From the IMG/VR virus record IMGVR_UViG_3300025803_002109: a DNA stretch of 64,000 bases; one strand, written 5' to 3'. The notes under the pieces are model-generated. The model made no database searches, was not told the origin of the DNA, and saw only the letters and a program-made list of their open reading frames with translations. Below, one piece after another: positions 60,710 through 64,000 of this stretch. Within the stretch, counting starts at the first letter, position 1; every line of letters begins with the position of its first letter. The translations under genes were made by a program, and so were the position numbers. The DNA is from an uncultured virus (IMG/VR IMGVR_UViG_3300025803_002109) (Duplodnaviria; Heunggongvirae; Uroviricota; Caudoviricetes).

Positions 60710-60724
60710 GGAAGTAAGGAGGGT
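60708..60724 (+). repeat. 17-bp element GAGGAAGTAAGGAGGGT, copy 4 of 4
   Basis: Exact match, overlaps the upstream TGA; continues into CTTGAACCCA. Confidence 0.9.
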
Positions 60725-60785
60725 CTTGAACCCATAAAGGGTTGTTTAGTAATCAATCTTAAATAGTCGTGTAGAGAATATGTAA

Positions 60786-61529
60786 GTGATGTCCGAGAGT
60801 GATCTATCTGCTCAACTGTCTGAATTGGCAGAAGAATTTAATGTTCCTGATGAAGATCCAGAACCTAAACTTGATGCTTCTGCACCTTTAGAAGATGGTC
60901 CGATAACACAAATGCCAGATGAGGCTATGATGGCTGAAGTAGAAATTGCCGGTGAACAAACTTATTTAGAAGAAACTAATCAAGTTCCTCTACAAAATCC
61001 TAATCCCTTACCTCCTCACGAACCAGAAAACTTAGAAGGTCCTGTTTTTGAAAACTATCGAGAGGATCCTGCTGATTATCAATTTCAAGCAGAAATGGAT
61101 TCCGATAAAGTAAGTATTGCATCCATGCCTTTTGCAGATTATATGGAATGGGTATTTCCACCAGAAGGTGAGAAAGGTCACGAGGACGGCCAAGAAACTT
61201 TAGAGATGGTTTGGGGTAATCTCATGGCTGCCGGATATGATGTAGATATCAGAAAAGTAAAAATTGCTGGAGCCCTTTGGAGTCGCCGTCATTATAATGG
61301 TGAAGCCATAAAATCTGCTAGATATATTCTAAAAAGAGTTCCTGCCTCTAAATTAATCGATTTTATTCCACCTTCATTACATCGTAGAGATTGGGAAGAC
61401 TTAGTTCCAGCGGATGTTGCTATGTCGGCTGAAAATAAAACTATGAGTAATTCTCAAAAAGAATTTATGCTAGGAGTTGGAGTAGTATCTGCATTAGTTC
61501 TTCCAATTTTAATGTCAAGGCGAGGTTAA
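60786..61529 (+). CDS. Acidic tail-anchored protein
   Basis: TTAAATAG at 60759; FQAE, MSAE; ends FMLGVGVVSALVLPILMSRRG. Confidence 0.8.
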   Translation: MMSESDLSAQLSELAEEFNVPDEDPEPKLDASAPLEDGPITQMPDEAMMAEVEIAGEQTYLEETNQVPLQNPNPLPPHEPENLEGPVFENYREDPADYQFQAEMDSDKVSIASMPFADYMEWVFPPEGEKGHEDGQETLEMVWGNLMAAGYDVDIRKVKIAGALWSRRHYNGEAIKSARYILKRVPASKLIDFIPPSLHRRDWEDLVPADVAMSAENKTMSNSQKEFMLGVGVVSALVLPILMSRRG

Positions 61530-61533
61530 TTTC

Positions 61534-62418
61534 ATGAGCAAAATACTTCCCGTAATTTTATTAGTTGGAGGACTGTATTATTTTTCTACCACTGCAAGTG
61601 GAGAGTCTCCAGTTCAAGGTTGCATGGATGAAACAGCAACTAATTATGATCCAGATGCTACTGAAGATGATAGTAGTTGTAAATATGAAAACGGAAACGG
61701 AAATGGGGGTGGTGGAGATGATGATGATGTTATTAGTCCAATTCCGGGTTGTCCACCAGTTGGAGGAAATAAAATATGGGTGAAAGAACAAAACCCTTCA
61801 ATTCATCTGGGAACTAGTGATGCTTTGAATGATATACACATTTATGAAGTGACTACAAATCAAGAGAATTATTATCCTGGAACTCAAGTAGATATTACTT
61901 GGGAGGCAAAAGTAAAAAATAAATCAAAAAGTAGATGTGGAGAAAATATCCTAAAGGCTAATAAAACTTGTTGGTTTGCCCCTACAGATGGCACTGCACT
62001 AGGAGATTATGAAGGACCACTTAACTGGAAAGTTTTTTTAATTAAACCAGATGGAACACAATATGATTCCAGATCTGAACTGGTTGTAGGTGATTTTTTC
62101 CAAGGATACACTGATTCTAATATAGAACTCTCTGATGCAGAAAAAAGTTGTAAACCAAAAGATTGTTTGAAAGTATTAAGAGGCACTAGAGCCAAATATC
62201 AAGTTGCCTTTGACTTAGGTGCTGATGCACCAGTAGGTCAATATTCAATAAGATTCCATGCACCGTATGGAGATAGTGACAATTTTGCTACTTGGACTCA
62301 AATACCAGTCTTTAAAGTTTTACCCTCTGACTGTAATCCAGAAGGTTTCTCGGCTGAGTCTACAAAAATAAATTATGAAACTCGTTTTGCTAGCAATCAT
62401 GACTTTATGTTATACTAA
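61534..62418 (+). CDS. N-anchored protein with GCMD module and Ig-like beta sandwich
   Basis: N-terminal TM; GCMDETATNYDPDATEDDSSCKY; YYPGTQVDITW...DAPVGQYSI; FSAE. Confidence 0.8.
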   Translation: MSKILPVILLVGGLYYFSTTASGESPVQGCMDETATNYDPDATEDDSSCKYENGNGNGGGGDDDDVISPIPGCPPVGGNKIWVKEQNPSIHLGTSDALNDIHIYEVTTNQENYYPGTQVDITWEAKVKNKSKSRCGENILKANKTCWFAPTDGTALGDYEGPLNWKVFLIKPDGTQYDSRSELVVGDFFQGYTDSNIELSDAEKSCKPKDCLKVLRGTRAKYQVAFDLGADAPVGQYSIRFHAPYGDSDNFATWTQIPVFKVLPSDCNPEGFSAESTKINYETRFASNHDFMLY

Positions 62419-62456
62419 GGCAATTCATTAAATAGTAAGACAGGTGAATAAATAGT

Positions 62457-63350
62457 ATGAATCTGGATCTCAATATCCAAAATACTCTTAAGCGTTCTGC
62501 TATGGAAGGTGCTATGCACGGAGTCATGGATAACTATGGAGGTCAATATCAATTGACTTCATATTCTGAATCTGCTAAATTAGCCGAACAAGTATGGGGA
62601 GTTCCAGTAGGAGTAACTGCTCCTAATTCATTATCTCGTGCCTCTTCATCTCGTGGCAGCGGTCAAATTAAAAAGGCAGAACATAAATCTAATTCTAAGG
62701 CTGCTCCAGCCGATGTAAGAATAGGTCAATATCGAGTTCAATATCTTCCAGAAACAAATGAATGGAAACTTTCTATTATTTCTATGGGAGATGAAGGAGG
62801 CTTTTGGGCTAAACTTTGGAGAGCACTTTCTGGAGAAGAATTGGAAACAGAAAGAGTTACTATACAAAAGTCAGGCACGTATGCGGAAAACAGATTTTTA
62901 ACTGAGTTAGAATTCCGAAAAGATATTTCAAGGGCTGACAAACAATCTATTATCTCCTTTGTATTAGATCACAGTAAAGCCGTCTTCGATAATAATTATA
63001 AACTAACTGAAGATTCTCTTTTTGGACCTCCAACTAATGTAGCCTATGCAGAAACTATTCAAGGTCCTTTTGGAGCCTCAATGGCAACCACTAAAAAATT
63101 AGAAATGGGTCGTGCAGGATCACAACCTATCTCAAACTTTAATCGTAGTCCAGGAATAAATCTTGGTTCTACTCACTCTCGCACAGTAAATACTGATATG
63201 GGTTCTTTCCATACACCCCAACCATTAAGCCGAGTTCAATCCGGTTTAGTAAGGGATGTATTAGGTAATCCTGTCAATCAACACATAACTCCTGGAGTTC
63301 ATGTGCCTTCGTCTGCAGTAAATCAGCATAGATCCGGACGGAGTTTTTAA
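62457..63350 (+). CDS. Hypothetical protein
   Basis: TTAAATAG at 62428, 29 nt before ATG. Confidence 0.8.
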   Translation: MNLDLNIQNTLKRSAMEGAMHGVMDNYGGQYQLTSYSESAKLAEQVWGVPVGVTAPNSLSRASSSRGSGQIKKAEHKSNSKAAPADVRIGQYRVQYLPETNEWKLSIISMGDEGGFWAKLWRALSGEELETERVTIQKSGTYAENRFLTELEFRKDISRADKQSIISFVLDHSKAVFDNNYKLTEDSLFGPPTNVAYAETIQGPFGASMATTKKLEMGRAGSQPISNFNRSPGINLGSTHSRTVNTDMGSFHTPQPLSRVQSGLVRDVLGNPVNQHITPGVHVPSSAVNQHRSGRSF

Positions 63351-63376
63351 ATAGTAAGCCCAAGAGATGATATAAC

Positions 63377-64000
63377 ATGACTAACCTTATAGACCAGCCA
63401 GCCAAAATCGCCAAGAGCGTTTTTGATCTAGGAAAAGGCGAACTCAAAGAATCCACACTATACGCAGGTATATTAGGACTCGGAGCCGCTTCCTTGATTG
63501 GATCCGCTTTTATTATGTTGCCCTTTCAAAAGTTACCTTATGGAAATTATATCCGTATGGCTTCTTTAGTTCTTGGTGGTGCTGCACTCGTAGGTTGGTC
63601 CCGTAAGCAGTCTGCTGATATGAAGGCTGCCGGAACAATGGCCGGAACTGTAATGGCCGCTGCTGGTGTGCTTAAAGGTGCCGCTGACTTCGGACTAGGT
63701 AGACTTCCTGGTGCATCTACAGTTACTTCTGCTATTGAAGGTGGTAGCACTGCTTCTTTCGGTTCAGAATCAGAAGTTATGGATGACAGAAATGTAATCG
63801 GACAAGATGGTGCTAACTTCGACACACGTCCAATCGCTGAACCTGGCGATAATGTTGCCGCAGTTGGTGACGAAATGGATGCTGGAGTTGCTGCAATGGT
63901 TGGCCGCTTCAAGCCACAAGAAAGAGTTCCTGTAGATTCAGTTATGGAATCTTCTACAATGGCTGGAACAATCACTCAAAACTTTGGTGCTGACACTATG
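63377..64000 (+). CDS. Membrane protein with three Gly/Ala-rich hydrophobic segments; runs off the window end (not in ORF track)
   Basis: TTAAATAG at 63347; open for 208 codons: MTNLIDQPAKIAK...LYAGILGLGAASLIGSAFIML...SFGSESE...NFGADTM. Confidence 0.8.
   Translation, partial: MTNLIDQPAKIAKSVFDLGKGELKESTLYAGILGLGAASLIGSAFIMLPFQKLPYGNYIRMASLVLGGAALVGWSRKQSADMKAAGTMAGTVMAAAGVLKGAADFGLGRLPGASTVTSAIEGGSTASFGSESEVMDDRNVIGQDGANFDTRPIAEPGDNVAAVGDEMDAGVAAMVGRFKPQERVPVDSVMESSTMAGTITQNFGADTM

Noticed and set aside
63547..63975. 142-aa minus-strand ORF
   Set aside because: Antisense shadow of the + strand gene from 63377, which has the TATA box.

Overview
AT-rich, gene-dense 64 kb segment, almost entirely + strand. 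It reads as part of a large archaeal virus or other extrachromosomal element rather than a cellular chromosome. Evidence: archaeal TATA boxes (TTAWATAG-like) about 29-30 nt before many start codons, an archaeal-type PCNA and ERCC4/XPF nuclease, phage-type DNA metabolism genes (class II ribonucleotide reductase, 5'-3' exonuclease, ATP-dependent ligase, pyrimidine-dimer glycosylase), and a majority of unrecognisable ORFs. I see no ribosomal or housekeeping genes and no recognisable terminase, portal or capsid genes. A Marine Group II (Poseidoniales)-like host is an inference only. Main observations: (1) a 13-bp motif GGTCTTGAA(T/G)ACA occurs 14 times exactly, always on the + strand and in all three reading frames, with a related 17-bp element at four gene boundaries; (2) many acidic modular or membrane proteins are punctuated by an aromatic-x-[AS]-E motif, suggesting polyprotein processing; (3) a Get3/ArsA-type ATPase occurs with many tail-anchored proteins; (4) a MoxR AAA+/metallopeptidase/Zn-ribbon/vWA operon is followed by a membrane-anchored HerA/FtsK ATPase; (5) two structured non-coding RNA candidates each have their own promoter, one resembling the manA motif. 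All family calls are from motifs read by eye; no searches were run.
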